NCBI GenBank assembly: GCA_016180815.1
Contig: JACPAN010000004.1
Coordinates: 44,358 to 108,357, forward strand
DNA length: 64,000 nt
Direction of reading: 5' to 3'
Source: Elusimicrobiota bacterium
Lineage (GTDB): Bacteria > Elusimicrobiota > Elusimicrobia > JACQPE01
Shown: positions 9,286-18,582 of the stretch, piece by piece
How positions within the stretch are numbered: the first letter of the stretch is position 1
How the letters are laid out: the number at the start of each line of letters is the position of its first letter
The notes under the pieces: generated by a model
What the model was told of the DNA's origin: nothing
Databases searched by the model: none
Seen by the model: only the letters and a program-made list of their open reading frames with translations
Program-made: the position numbers and the translations under genes

Positions 9286-11001
9286 ATGACCTGCATATCT
9301 TTCCCGTTCTTTTCCAAGCACAAAGCAGCGGTCGCCGCCGTGGGTCTTTTTGTGGTTTCGGTAGGCGTCTTTTGGCCATCCCTCTCTTTCGAATTTTTGA
9401 GCGTCGATGACTCTGTTCAGATCACGAAGAATCCACACGTACGCAGCGGATTAACTAAGGACAGCGTACGGTGGGCATTCCAACCTGATTCTTTCTTTTC
9501 CAAGATAGAACCATACACTTGGAGGATACCGCTTGTTTTTCTTTCTCATATGCTGGATGTAGAAATTTATGGACTCAATCCCGAGGGGCACCGCCTGACC
9601 AATGTCCTTCTCCACGCAGCTAGTGCTGCATTTTTCTTTCTTTTTCTTTTTCGAATTACCGGACGGTTGGATTGCAGCCTTTTGGCTGCGGCGCTCTTTA
9701 GCGCTCACCCCATGAAGGTTGAATCAGTCGTTTGGCTCGCCGAAAGAAAAGATGTCTTGAGCGGATTTTTTGTCGGACTTACCTTGCTTGCTTACGCCAA
9801 TTACATATCAAAGCCGGGATGGAAACTTTATGCGGCTATTTTGATCTTTTATACGCTCGGCCTCATGTCCAAAGCTTCGATCGTGGCCCTCCCACTAGGA
9901 ATGATGGCTTTTGATTTTTGGCCGCTCAAACGTTTTCGATGGGGCGACAGATCGACGATCCTGAAATCTTTTCTAGAAAAAATACCGCTTTTTATTTTGT
10001 CGTTGATTGCCGGTGTCATTACGATGGCAGGATCCACTTTTATCGTCACAAACATAAAACCATTCAATGCATCGCATATTATTGAAATTTCTTTAAATCG
10101 TTGTTTCGATTATTTAACAAGAACTATTTGGCCGGTCAATTTAGCGTTTTTATATCCCTTGACGCCTGACTCGTTGTCTCTTTGGAGAAGCATCCAGGCA
10201 TTTATCTCTGTTGTAGGATTGACTGCGATATTTTCAGCGCAATACGTCAAAAGACCCTACTTGATTGCCGGTTGGCTTTGGTTTCTATTCAATTTGATTC
10301 CCTCCTTCGGAAACATTCCAGTTTTCCATAATCACTATACCTACTTATCCAGCATAGGTATTTTTATCGCAATCTCCTGGTTCTTAAACGAAATAATGTC
10401 CAGGCAGCGATTTTGGACATACTGGATTGCGGGTGGGCTAATTTTTATCTTGAGTGTTTCCGGAACTTTTTATCAGATGCAGTTTTGGCGTAACAGCGAG
10501 ACTCTTTATCAGCGTGCCTTGAAAGTTACGGGGCCTAATGTTCCTGTTCATGTAGCTCTGGGTAATTTATTGAGCGACCAAGGCAGACTCGATGAAGCGG
10601 AACGGCACTATCTTGAAGCGCTTAAAATTCAACCGAATCATCCATTGACTCACCTAGGACTGGCAAAGGTGTTTGGGTTCAAAAATATGTGGGAAAAGGC
10701 GGCTTTCTTCAGCAAGACCGCCCTAAACCTAAATAAAAATCTCCCCATGGCACACTGGTATCTGGGAACCTACTTGTATGACCGGGGTGAGGTCAAACAG
10801 GCTATTGCCCACTACCAACAGGCAATTGAGCTTAAACCCGATTACTGGGAAGCGTGGAACAATTTAGGGGTGGCCATGCAGGAGCAGGGAAAATGGAATG
10901 AGGCCGTCTCTTGCTACCGCGAAGCCTTAAAGCAAAATCCCCATTCAAGCGAAGCCAAGCAAAATTTGATACGCGCCCTTTCTACTCTTCGATTGCAGTG
11001 A
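9286..11001 (+). CDS. GT-C fold glycosyltransferase (PMT/TMTC/DUF1736-like) with C-terminal TPR repeats; lower GC than the neighbourhood
   Basis: About 11 TM helices with an early loop motif LSVDDS. The C-terminal TPRs include ALGNLLSDQGRLDEAERHYLEALKIQP, AHWYLGTYLYDRGEVKQAIAHYQQAIELKPDY and AWNNLGVAMQEQGKWNEAVSCYREALKQNP. Codon usage is AT-richer than the flanking genes. Confidence 0.7.
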   Translation: MTCISFPFFSKHKAAVAAVGLFVVSVGVFWPSLSFEFLSVDDSVQITKNPHVRSGLTKDSVRWAFQPDSFFSKIEPYTWRIPLVFLSHMLDVEIYGLNPEGHRLTNVLLHAASAAFFFLFLFRITGRLDCSLLAAALFSAHPMKVESVVWLAERKDVLSGFFVGLTLLAYANYISKPGWKLYAAILIFYTLGLMSKASIVALPLGMMAFDFWPLKRFRWGDRSTILKSFLEKIPLFILSLIAGVITMAGSTFIVTNIKPFNASHIIEISLNRCFDYLTRTIWPVNLAFLYPLTPDSLSLWRSIQAFISVVGLTAIFSAQYVKRPYLIAGWLWFLFNLIPSFGNIPVFHNHYTYLSSIGIFIAISWFLNEIMSRQRFWTYWIAGGLIFILSVSGTFYQMQFWRNSETLYQRALKVTGPNVPVHVALGNLLSDQGRLDEAERHYLEALKIQPNHPLTHLGLAKVFGFKNMWEKAAFFSKTALNLNKNLPMAHWYLGTYLYDRGEVKQAIAHYQQAIELKPDYWEAWNNLGVAMQEQGKWNEAVSCYREALKQNPHSSEAKQNLIRALSTLRLQ

Positions 11002-11050
11002 CAGATTAATCGGCAAAATCCGCCAAGGACAAGGCCTACCTAAATAAGGG

Positions 11051-13261
11051 CTACTTAAGATAACCCAGGGCTTTTAACGCGAGGGTTCTGTTGTGCGACA
11101 CGATGGGATCGGCAATACCTAGTTTTGAAACTTGTTCAAAGGCATCAAGAGCCAGCCTGGGCTGATCATTTTTTAAATAGGCAATACCAAGATTGGTAAG
11201 CGCCCTGTAATTGCCCGGATCAAGTTGACCGGCTAAATAGTTCAACCGAACAGCTTCGGCATATTTCCTTTCATCTAAACAAAGAACGCCAAGATTCATC
11301 AGTGCTTGCGCATAAAATCCTTTAACCTGAGGCGTCACGGCCATTCGTTGAGTCAGACCTGGATGGCGGTCGGTTTCCATGGCAGGGATTAAATAATTCA
11401 ATGCTTCGCGGGGCCGGTTTTGATCTAGTAGAACCATCGCGGCAACATATTTGGCCCACGTCGTGCTCCCGTCCAAGGCCAAGGCTCGCTGAGCTTCTCT
11501 AAGAGCATGACGCTTTTGACCGTAAAGATAATAATAGTGAGCCAACATTTCATGAACTTTTGCGTTGTCAGTGATGTCGTAAATTAAAATAGAGTGCCCG
11601 ACTCTATCGATAGGCTGAAACGTTTTGAGCCAATAAAAAGGATCGGCGCCAAGTTGAGGTGCGAAATAAACCCCCTGGAGCTTCGTGACGCTGATGGCTA
11701 AAATTTCTTGTTTGGGGTTTGGGGTGTTGATATGGGAATGCAGTCCGCGGAATTCCGACATGAAATCCTGGAACTCAAAGCCGATTGATTTTGGAGGCAC
11801 AGGCCCAAAATAGATGAGCACGACCTCGGCGTCAGGATACTGTTCGATATAGCGGCGCAAATACGGCAAATCCTGGCCCCAATCGATGTTTGAGTCCACT
11901 AAATAATGCCAACCTTTTTTAGCCCCGCCGAACATTTCATTGAAATATTCCAAATGGTGAGGACCGATGCTTACTGCCGAAAGAATATGCCATGGCAATA
12001 GAAATAAGGCCGCGAATTTAAGCCTTGGGCTTTGCGTAATCTTAGCGCACAATACATACAACAGCGGATAAATAGGCAAGATGTGCCGGTGGCCTATTTT
12101 AAGCGGGGTAAATATGCTGGCTGCAAGCAGAATTACGGCCGGCACAAAAAGAAAAAAAACGGTGCGCCTACGGAGGCGATCCTGAAATTCCAGCCAAAGC
12201 CCGATGGTTCCAAGCAGCAACGCTGGGATCGTGGTTTTGGCAATAAATGTAAAAAAGAAATAGTGCCAAAATCCGGTTGAAGAATACTGACCGGCCATAT
12301 AACTCATCTGCCCACGGCTGATATACCGATAAGCACCCAAGACACCCTTGAAGTATTCATCAACATGGATGAAGCGATAGAAAAGAAGGATGGTTATGAT
12401 CAGCGAGAACGCTGCCAGTGGAATATATCGAAACAGCCTTGGTCCGGGTTTTTCGCTGCTAAAGCGCATTGAACACCAAACGGCGCCGATCAAGGCCGGC
12501 AACAGAATAATAGCGCTGTGCTTGGATAGTAGGGCCAGGGCCGCGCAAACGCCCAAACCTATGGCTCTAACGGCGACAGGTTTCTCGTAATAAAGCCAGC
12601 AACTATACGTCGCCATGAAAAAAAAGGCTGTGATCAGAAGATCCTCGGTGGCTAAAGACGAGTGGGCCAAAATGTTTGGACAAAATGAATACAAAGCCAG
12701 AGCAAGCAATCCTCCCTTAATGCCATAGAGCCGTTTGGCCCATGAAAAAACTCCCAATGCCAACAAAAGCGAAACCGCCAGAACCATCAAACGGCTGACC
12801 AAGAGTATTGTTGAGGTCGAAATAACATTGTTGAAAATAAAATCTTCCACGAAAGGAATGGCTTTGGTCCATTCGCTGGGCTCGGGCGATCTGGCATAAA
12901 TAGCATCCTTCCAGAGTTGCGTATCCGTTCTCATGCGCACATTTGTGAAAATCAGGGGCAAGCTAACCAAGGACATAGGCAAAATGCCCTTATCTTTTCT
13001 TAGCCTGAAATCTCCTGTATTCCAAAGACTATAGCCTGCGGTAATAAAATAAGGTTCGTCATAAGTGGCCGAATGATTAAGAATCGCCCGTCCACCCTGA
13101 AACACCAAACACAACAAACATAGCGGCAACAATATCCAAACTGCCCAACGGTGAAGATTTGTTTTTTTTATTGACGTCGGCTCTTGAGAGGTTAACTTTT
13201 GTTTATTGGTCAAGGTGGGAAGAAGGATTAAATCGATGATCGCTAAATCGTCGGAGGGCAA
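11051..13261 (-). CDS. GT-C fold glycosyltransferase (ArnT/PMT family-like, YDEP loop motif) with C-terminal TPR repeats; lower GC
   Basis: N-terminal polytopic domain with HSATYDEPYFITAGYSLW (a DE-loop typical of GT39/GT83). C-terminal TPRs (AHYYYLYGQKRHALREAQRALALDG..., ALMNLGVLCLDERKYAEAVRLNYLAGQLDPGNYRALTNLGIAYL). Confidence 0.7.
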   Translation of the reverse strand: MPSDDLAIIDLILLPTLTNKQKLTSQEPTSIKKTNLHRWAVWILLPLCLLCLVFQGGRAILNHSATYDEPYFITAGYSLWNTGDFRLRKDKGILPMSLVSLPLIFTNVRMRTDTQLWKDAIYARSPEPSEWTKAIPFVEDFIFNNVISTSTILLVSRLMVLAVSLLLALGVFSWAKRLYGIKGGLLALALYSFCPNILAHSSLATEDLLITAFFFMATYSCWLYYEKPVAVRAIGLGVCAALALLSKHSAIILLPALIGAVWCSMRFSSEKPGPRLFRYIPLAAFSLIITILLFYRFIHVDEYFKGVLGAYRYISRGQMSYMAGQYSSTGFWHYFFFTFIAKTTIPALLLGTIGLWLEFQDRLRRRTVFFLFVPAVILLAASIFTPLKIGHRHILPIYPLLYVLCAKITQSPRLKFAALFLLPWHILSAVSIGPHHLEYFNEMFGGAKKGWHYLVDSNIDWGQDLPYLRRYIEQYPDAEVVLIYFGPVPPKSIGFEFQDFMSEFRGLHSHINTPNPKQEILAISVTKLQGVYFAPQLGADPFYWLKTFQPIDRVGHSILIYDITDNAKVHEMLAHYYYLYGQKRHALREAQRALALDGSTTWAKYVAAMVLLDQNRPREALNYLIPAMETDRHPGLTQRMAVTPQVKGFYAQALMNLGVLCLDERKYAEAVRLNYLAGQLDPGNYRALTNLGIAYLKNDQPRLALDAFEQVSKLGIADPIVSHNRTLALKALGYLK

Positions 13262-13295
13262 ACATCAGCAAAGTTGGGGGGCGTGGTTTAATTCT

Positions 13296-13395
13296 GGTTA
13301 CGAAACCGCTACTCTACCGCTGAGCTACCCCGGCGCGACATCAATTCCCCCCGCATTCGACCCGTTATTTTGACTAATTTTAGAGCGAATAACCA
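13296..13395. repeat. Direct repeat copy 2, containing a degenerate tRNA-Thr 5'-half fragment (pseudo-tRNA, 13296-13333)
   Basis: ggttacgaaaccgctactctaccgctgagctaccccggcgcgacatcaattccccccgcattcgacccgttattttgactaattttagagcgaataacca. The anticodon-stem and D-stem positions are mutated relative to the intact tRNA. Confidence 0.8.
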
Positions 13396-13425
13396 GGAAA
13401 TGCCATGGGATTTACGCCGGACGCG

Positions 13426-14757
13426 CTAAATCAGAATTTCTGCTTGTTGGGAACGCTCGCGCAATAAGGCGGCGCGTTTTTTATTGACATCGGGGTTGTA
13501 ACAGCCGCCCCGGTTGCCCAAAGCCAGCGCCATGAACACGCAGCGATTGCAGCTTTCGCAAATCGACGCCCGCCGGTCACCGGTCAACAGCCGGGCCGGC
13601 AAGTCGGGTTCCGCGTACAACGGCCGGGCCATGCCCACCATATCAGCCTGCCCCGAACCTAGAATGGACTCAATATCCTCCAAAGACCGGATGCCGCCGA
13701 CGGCAAATGCCGGAATGGACACGGTTCGTTTGATCGCCGCAAAAATGTCGCGATTCCAAACGCTTTGAAATGGTTCGCGCCGGGCGGCGTAAGCCGTCGT
13801 CCAACGATAGAGGTGAAAGCGCCACCAAGAACCGGAGGCTTCTCGCATTTGCCGTGCAATGGTTCCGTTTTCGTAGACGCCGGCCGGATAATCGCCGCGC
13901 GTCACTTTTGCGGTCGGGAACGCGTCCGCGGTTGTGGGCGTAATGGCGGCGAAACCCCATTGCTCGCAAAGGCGCGCCATGGCGAGGCCGTCTTCAAGCG
14001 TGATGCGCCTCTTCGCATGCTGGGTGTCCATCATGGGCAGCTTGGTTAAAACCGGGTAATCAGCTCCTGCGTGCCGGGCGATGGATTCCCGAATCACCTT
14101 AAGAATACGGGTCCGATTTTCCACCGTTCCTCCGAACTCGTCCGTACGGCGATTAAAATACGGGGTCAAAAATTGATGCAGCAGCTTGCCGTTGCCCGCG
14201 GCCAATTGAACGCCGTCTAAACCCGCTTCCCTGGCTAAGGCCGCTGAGCGTCCGAATTTTTCAGCCAACTCGTAAACTTCCGCCGTTGTTAACGCATGAA
14301 CAGGCCTGATCATTAAGGAAAAAGGCAAAGGCAGAGGGCTGGGGCCGATCAACGGCTTTTTTCTGCGGCTTTTGTAAGCCGTATGCCAGCCTTCGAGAGC
14401 AAAATACCCGCCATGACCCAACTGCATCACGATTTTGGCGCCGTGCTCATGAACCCGGGCCGTTAAACGGGCCAAGGGAAGCACGTTCTCCCGTAAGTGC
14501 ACCGAGATCATGCCCGGGGCGGCATGACCCTCTTCATCAATACAGGAGGAGCCCATAATGATTAAACCGATACCGGCCTTGGCATTGGGGATGAAATGCT
14601 CCTCATACGCTCGAATAAAATCCTTCTCGCCTAGATAGCCTTCGAGCACCGGCGCGCGGTAAAGCCGGTTGCGAACCATCATGCTGCCGATGCGCAATGA
14701 ATCGGATAATCGGATTCCTTGCGGCCCGGGGAGAATGTCCGTTCCTGTTTTAATCAT
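13426..14757 (-). CDS. Old Yellow Enzyme family NADH:flavin oxidoreductase (FMN-dependent ene-reductase or 2,4-dienoyl-CoA reductase-like)
   Basis: TIM-barrel OYE motifs GAKIVMQLGHGG and ...AGNGKLLHQFL..., with a C-terminal Cys cluster CESCNRC. Approximately 440 aa. Confidence 0.8.
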   Translation of the reverse strand: MIKTGTDILPGPQGIRLSDSLRIGSMMVRNRLYRAPVLEGYLGEKDFIRAYEEHFIPNAKAGIGLIIMGSSCIDEEGHAAPGMISVHLRENVLPLARLTARVHEHGAKIVMQLGHGGYFALEGWHTAYKSRRKKPLIGPSPLPLPFSLMIRPVHALTTAEVYELAEKFGRSAALAREAGLDGVQLAAGNGKLLHQFLTPYFNRRTDEFGGTVENRTRILKVIRESIARHAGADYPVLTKLPMMDTQHAKRRITLEDGLAMARLCEQWGFAAITPTTADAFPTAKVTRGDYPAGVYENGTIARQMREASGSWWRFHLYRWTTAYAARREPFQSVWNRDIFAAIKRTVSIPAFAVGGIRSLEDIESILGSGQADMVGMARPLYAEPDLPARLLTGDRRASICESCNRCVFMALALGNRGGCYNPDVNKKRAALLRERSQQAEILI

Positions 14758-14868
14758 TGTCGAACTCCTTCGCTTTTGCCTCGAATTTCTTTGTTAAATT
14801 GTTGTTCTAAACAAACATTTAACATAAAATAATCCGTATGTCAATACGCGTAAAAAATAAAAAACTGG

Positions 14869-14897
14869 TTGACTTTAAACAAAAGTGGGTGTATATA
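14869..14897 (+). promoter_or_regulatory. Candidate sigma70-type promoter: -35 TTGACT at 14869-14874, 17-bp spacer, -10 TATATA at 14892-14897
   Basis: Consensus-like hexamers with 17-nt spacing in the AT-rich divergent intergenic region. The track ORF start at 14869 is the TTG of the -35 element and is therefore unlikely to be the real start. Confidence 0.45.
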
Positions 14898-14913
14898 TGA
14901 ATTTAGGATGTCC

Positions 14914-15774
14914 ATGATTAAATATTCTCTGCTTCTTTGGCTTACAATCGGCCTGTCTGCCCAAAACGGATATTGCGATGAACCGCCGGAATCCCCGGCT
15001 TTATCTGCGGAAAGCGAAGCCAACGGCTATCTTGACGAACGGGCATCCTGGCGGCAATGGACAGCGAGCGAATGGCGCTTTTGCGAAGAAAATTCCCGGC
15101 CCCAACACCCTTGGACCAAAGATGAAATAACCGTTGATTCTGCGTTTGTCGATGATCATGGTTTGCCGTGGCGGCGCCTGCAATACCGCAGCGCGCTTCA
15201 TGGCGCGCCGGACTCCTATCTTTGCCTCAATGGCCGGTGGGTTTGGCTGGGCTCAGTCACCCTGCGCAGCGCAACCTTGACTGCGGACGGCAAAGAAATA
15301 GTTCTGATGCTGGAAGACCCGCGCCAAATCATCAACGACTATTGGCGGATCAGGGCTGCGGACATCGAACGCTATGATGCTTCCGACCGCAGGATTTATA
15401 TCGCCGAGATCGCTTGGGTTTATGCGATGGTTGATTTACGCCGAACCGATCCGCCGATTCATAACATCAGTCTTTACCTGAATTCGGAAACAGGGCTAAA
15501 CGGAGACGCCGTGGCCGTCGCTTTATGGCGGATGAGTGAGGAAGGGTTCCTCAGACGATCGCCTTTGCGCAACATGAATTTAAGAATAACCGCAGCCAAC
15601 TGGGTATCGGAACGTGCGCCCGCCGGCGTCAAACTCTTCACCCGGGTCTATTTATCCCCTGCCGAACGTTACGAGGGCTGGGCGTCCACGGCCGTAGAAA
15701 TTTACGAACAAAACAGCATCGATCCTTTGGCTCAGATAACCTGGCGCCAATTGAAACGCAGGGCCCGCCGGTAA
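14914..15774 (+). CDS. Hypothetical secreted protein
   Basis: ATG at 14914 lies 5 nt downstream of AGGA. Signal-peptide-like N-terminus MIKYSLLLWLTIGLSAQ. No recognisable domain. Confidence 0.5.
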   Translation: MIKYSLLLWLTIGLSAQNGYCDEPPESPALSAESEANGYLDERASWRQWTASEWRFCEENSRPQHPWTKDEITVDSAFVDDHGLPWRRLQYRSALHGAPDSYLCLNGRWVWLGSVTLRSATLTADGKEIVLMLEDPRQIINDYWRIRAADIERYDASDRRIYIAEIAWVYAMVDLRRTDPPIHNISLYLNSETGLNGDAVAVALWRMSEEGFLRRSPLRNMNLRITAANWVSERAPAGVKLFTRVYLSPAERYEGWASTAVEIYEQNSIDPLAQITWRQLKRRARR

Positions 15775-15787
15775 AAACCGGCGCCGC

Positions 15788-17798
15788 TTATTCGAGCGTC
15801 CGGTCCAGGGCGTCCAGCGCCCGGTCGCGGGTAATCGGAGCGCCGCGCGGATCATCATGAAAAAGATCGGGGCCCGCCGGTCTGGGTAAATTTGGATCCC
15901 CGTGGAATGTGGCCGCATCAAGAACAGGACGGCCTTGCTCGGTGATGATGCGCCCATCATAGCGGCCGCCGCGGGGCGTATCGCCCACCGTATGCAAAAT
16001 CGCAAAGCCTCCGTTTTGAGCCTGGTAAACGGCCAAGGCCGCCTCCGGGTCGAACGTGTTGGTGGGAATAATATTTCCCCAATCCACAAAAACAAACCCC
16101 TCCCCAGGAAGACGGATCATGGGCACGGCATGGCCGATGGATTGCTCATTTTCATCGATAGAAACCACCTTAATGCTGCTCGCTTCAACGTTTAATCCCA
16201 GGCGCGCGCCTAGATCAACCGCCAATTCCGATGCGACTTGCGCGGCGCCGATGCAAACCATCATGGGATCCTCTTGGCCTGAAATGTAGCTCTCGCGCCA
16301 GCGCCGGTAAAGATCCTGAGCATTGCCCGCGTTGATGGTATCACCCTCATCAAAGTTATAGTTCAAGTCGTTCAATGAATACGTCATGAGAGCGGCGGCT
16401 TGAACAATTTGTTTCGCATCGGCGACCCGGAGATTTTGCGCAAAAGAAGAAAGGTTGTCAGAAGCGTGAACCGCGATTTTAAAATTGTCCCTGAGATCCC
16501 GGTCGATTGAAGAAAAAAACTCGCGGCCGGCCTCAAACCTAGCCGGCGACAGCGCCGGGGTTCCCTGGCGCCTGAGCCGGCGGCGGGCTCGGATGTTTCC
16601 CCTCAGGCGGCCGGCGTTATGACGCCAATCCAAGCCGCCCATAACCGCCACATCCGGCGCCAATTGATGCCCTTCGATGTCCTGACGATCCATGTACGAA
16701 GCCGCGGCTTCAACACCGATGCCCCGGCCAACATCCACATGCAATGTTGCGGCGACGCCCGTTTCATCAAGCGCCCATGGCGAATGGGATCGTTGGGATT
16801 TCAAAGCCGCGGCCGCCTCGACGCGGCGATGATCGATTTGAAAACCTGCTTCGGAACTCCTGTACAGCGGGCCGTAATAATGCTCGTACCACAGCCTCAT
16901 CCGGTCCTCCGGGGTCCAACGATGCGTGTAGTCGGCTCCCGCGCGCACGCCGTCAAAAAATACCCCGCCGTTCCAAAGGCCGTTGGGTTTGTCATTCCTG
17001 AACGAATCAGCCCGATGAACAACCCCCTCGACCTGCGCCCAGGCGCGAATCCGGTCCCGGCCGGAAAGATTCATCGCCGCGGCCAAGCCGACATTGCCTT
17101 CCCGGTCCGATTGGCTGCCCGGGGCCGTCATGCTCCAAGCATCGGCCGCCCCAAAAATAGCCACCGCGGCCCGCTCGGATAAGCGCAAAATGCCGATGCT
17201 GTCCGCGTAAAAACTGAAGACTCCCGCGGGCGTCAACAACACGGGTTCCGCTTCTGAATCATCCTGGCCTAACGCGGGATGCGTCCTCAATGTGAGCGAA
17301 GTCGCTGTTCCCATAGCCAAGGCATCCCAATTCTTTCCCGCGTGGCGAAAAGACAACGAACCACCAAAATATGGACTTGCGGCCAATGTGGCCAGCGGGA
17401 TGCCTGGTCCGCCCAAAAAACTTGCTCCGCTGACAACGCCGGCGCGAAAACCCGCGCGCAAGCCGCGATAAGCGGGAAAATAGGCCGAGCCTTCGATACG
17501 ATGATCTTCGACCGTGGCCGCAAAATCGGCGTTCATACGCTCGGGCGGAGTCACCAAAAGGCGGCTCTTTCGACGAGGGTTTTGCGGCGGCTGATTGACG
17601 GGGATTGCCGAAGGCTCAGGGGACCGCAAACCGGTCAACGCTAAAGGCCTGACGTCAGACGATGCCGCGGCGCTGCGCCGGTCGAATGTCTGTTCCAGTT
17701 GGTCAGGGTTCGGCGGTGGCTCCGCGGTCAGGGCCGATGCGCCACGGGCAAACACCAGGGCGCAAAGGAGAAATAAAAGGGATCGTTGCACTGATCTA
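15788..17798 (-). CDS. Large secreted protein with a C-terminal transglutaminase-like (cysteine protease fold) domain
   Basis: C-terminal MMVCIGAAQVASELAVDLGARLGL ... IGHAVPMIRLPGEGFVFVDW matches the transglutaminase-core Cys...His...Asp pattern. The probable start is the GTG that gives the signal peptide VQRSLLFLLCALVFARGASA. The annotated upstream Met would add a Cys-rich 80 aa and is considered unlikely. Confidence 0.5.
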
Positions 17799-17897
17799 TT
17801 TTGGATGAATAAAGGATTCGAATCATGGGACTTTCGGGTAAAAAACGCCTCCCTCGAGTCCCAAAAAACTGGAAAAATCGAATTTATTCGTCTTTTA

Positions 17898-18509
17898 TCA
17901 GGAATTGGACGCTGAAGAAACGACGCGCGAGGCCAAGTCCACGATATGACGCCGGCGCATGGACAGAGTTTCCGGCGACAAGGGTTCTTTCCCGAGCAAA
18001 TCGCCCAGCATGGGGCTATACAAAAAATATCCGGCAATAGCGCCGAAAATGCTGATGCCGGCCTGCTCCAGGAGATCGGCGCGCTCAGGCGGCAGGCGGC
18101 TTCGCCAAAGGCTCCTCATGGGCGTGACATACCGATGCACAAAACCGGAAACAGCCTGACCCTGGTCCAGAATCTCGCGCATCAGCAATTGCTGCAATTG
18201 CTGCTCCTCGCATAAAAAATCAAAATACGCGCCGGCCAAACGGCCGGCCATCAGGTCCGTATTTTGCTCCATCAGCCGCTCCGCGAACCAAATATTTCCC
18301 AGCCGCTCGGCAAGCCGATTCATGGCCTCATCCACCACCGCGGCATGAAGGGCTTTTTTGCTGCGGTAATAATAATTGATCATGGCCGCGGTGACACCCG
18401 CTTTTGCTGCGATGCCGCGAACGCGGGCGCCTTTGAGGCCATGACGGGCGAATTCGCTTTTGGCTGCGGCTAAAATTTTAGCCTGGACTTCGGTGACTTG
18501 ATCGTTCAT
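17898..18509 (-). CDS. TetR/AcrR family transcriptional regulator
   Basis: N-terminal HTH region ILAAAKSEFARHGLKGARVRGIAAKAGVTAAMINYYYRSKKAL. Confidence 0.85.
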   Translation of the reverse strand: MNDQVTEVQAKILAAAKSEFARHGLKGARVRGIAAKAGVTAAMINYYYRSKKALHAAVVDEAMNRLAERLGNIWFAERLMEQNTDLMAGRLAGAYFDFLCEEQQLQQLLMREILDQGQAVSGFVHRYVTPMRSLWRSRLPPERADLLEQAGISIFGAIAGYFLYSPMLGDLLGKEPLSPETLSMRRRHIVDLASRVVSSASNS

Positions 18510-18527
18510 TTAAAAAATATTTTAGAC

Positions 18528-18560
18528 AAAAAACAGCCTCCCGCCGAAAAGCGGGAGGCT
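18528..18560 (-). terminator. Rho-independent terminator downstream of fbp
   Basis: Hairpin cagcctcccgc-ttttcg-gcgggaggctg followed by TTTTTTGT on the minus strand. Confidence 0.7.
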
Positions 18561-18582
18561 GTTCAATACCGTGCGGGTCTAA

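Noticed and set aside
9107-9289. 60-aa ORF in the AT-rich spacer between tRNA-Thr and the first GT-C gene
   Set aside because: It has no RBS, an odd composition, and lies within the island boundary region. It is more likely non-coding.
14869-14913. Annotated TTG start at 14869 for the 14869..15774 ORF
   Set aside because: The TTG is the first base of a consensus -35 hexamer (TTGACT). The ATG at 14914 with an upstream AGGA is a better start.
17799-18037. N-terminal 80 aa (MPDIFCIAPCW...) of the 15788..18037 ORF
   Set aside because: It is Cys/Arg-rich with no signal or domain character. A GTG further in gives a textbook signal peptide.
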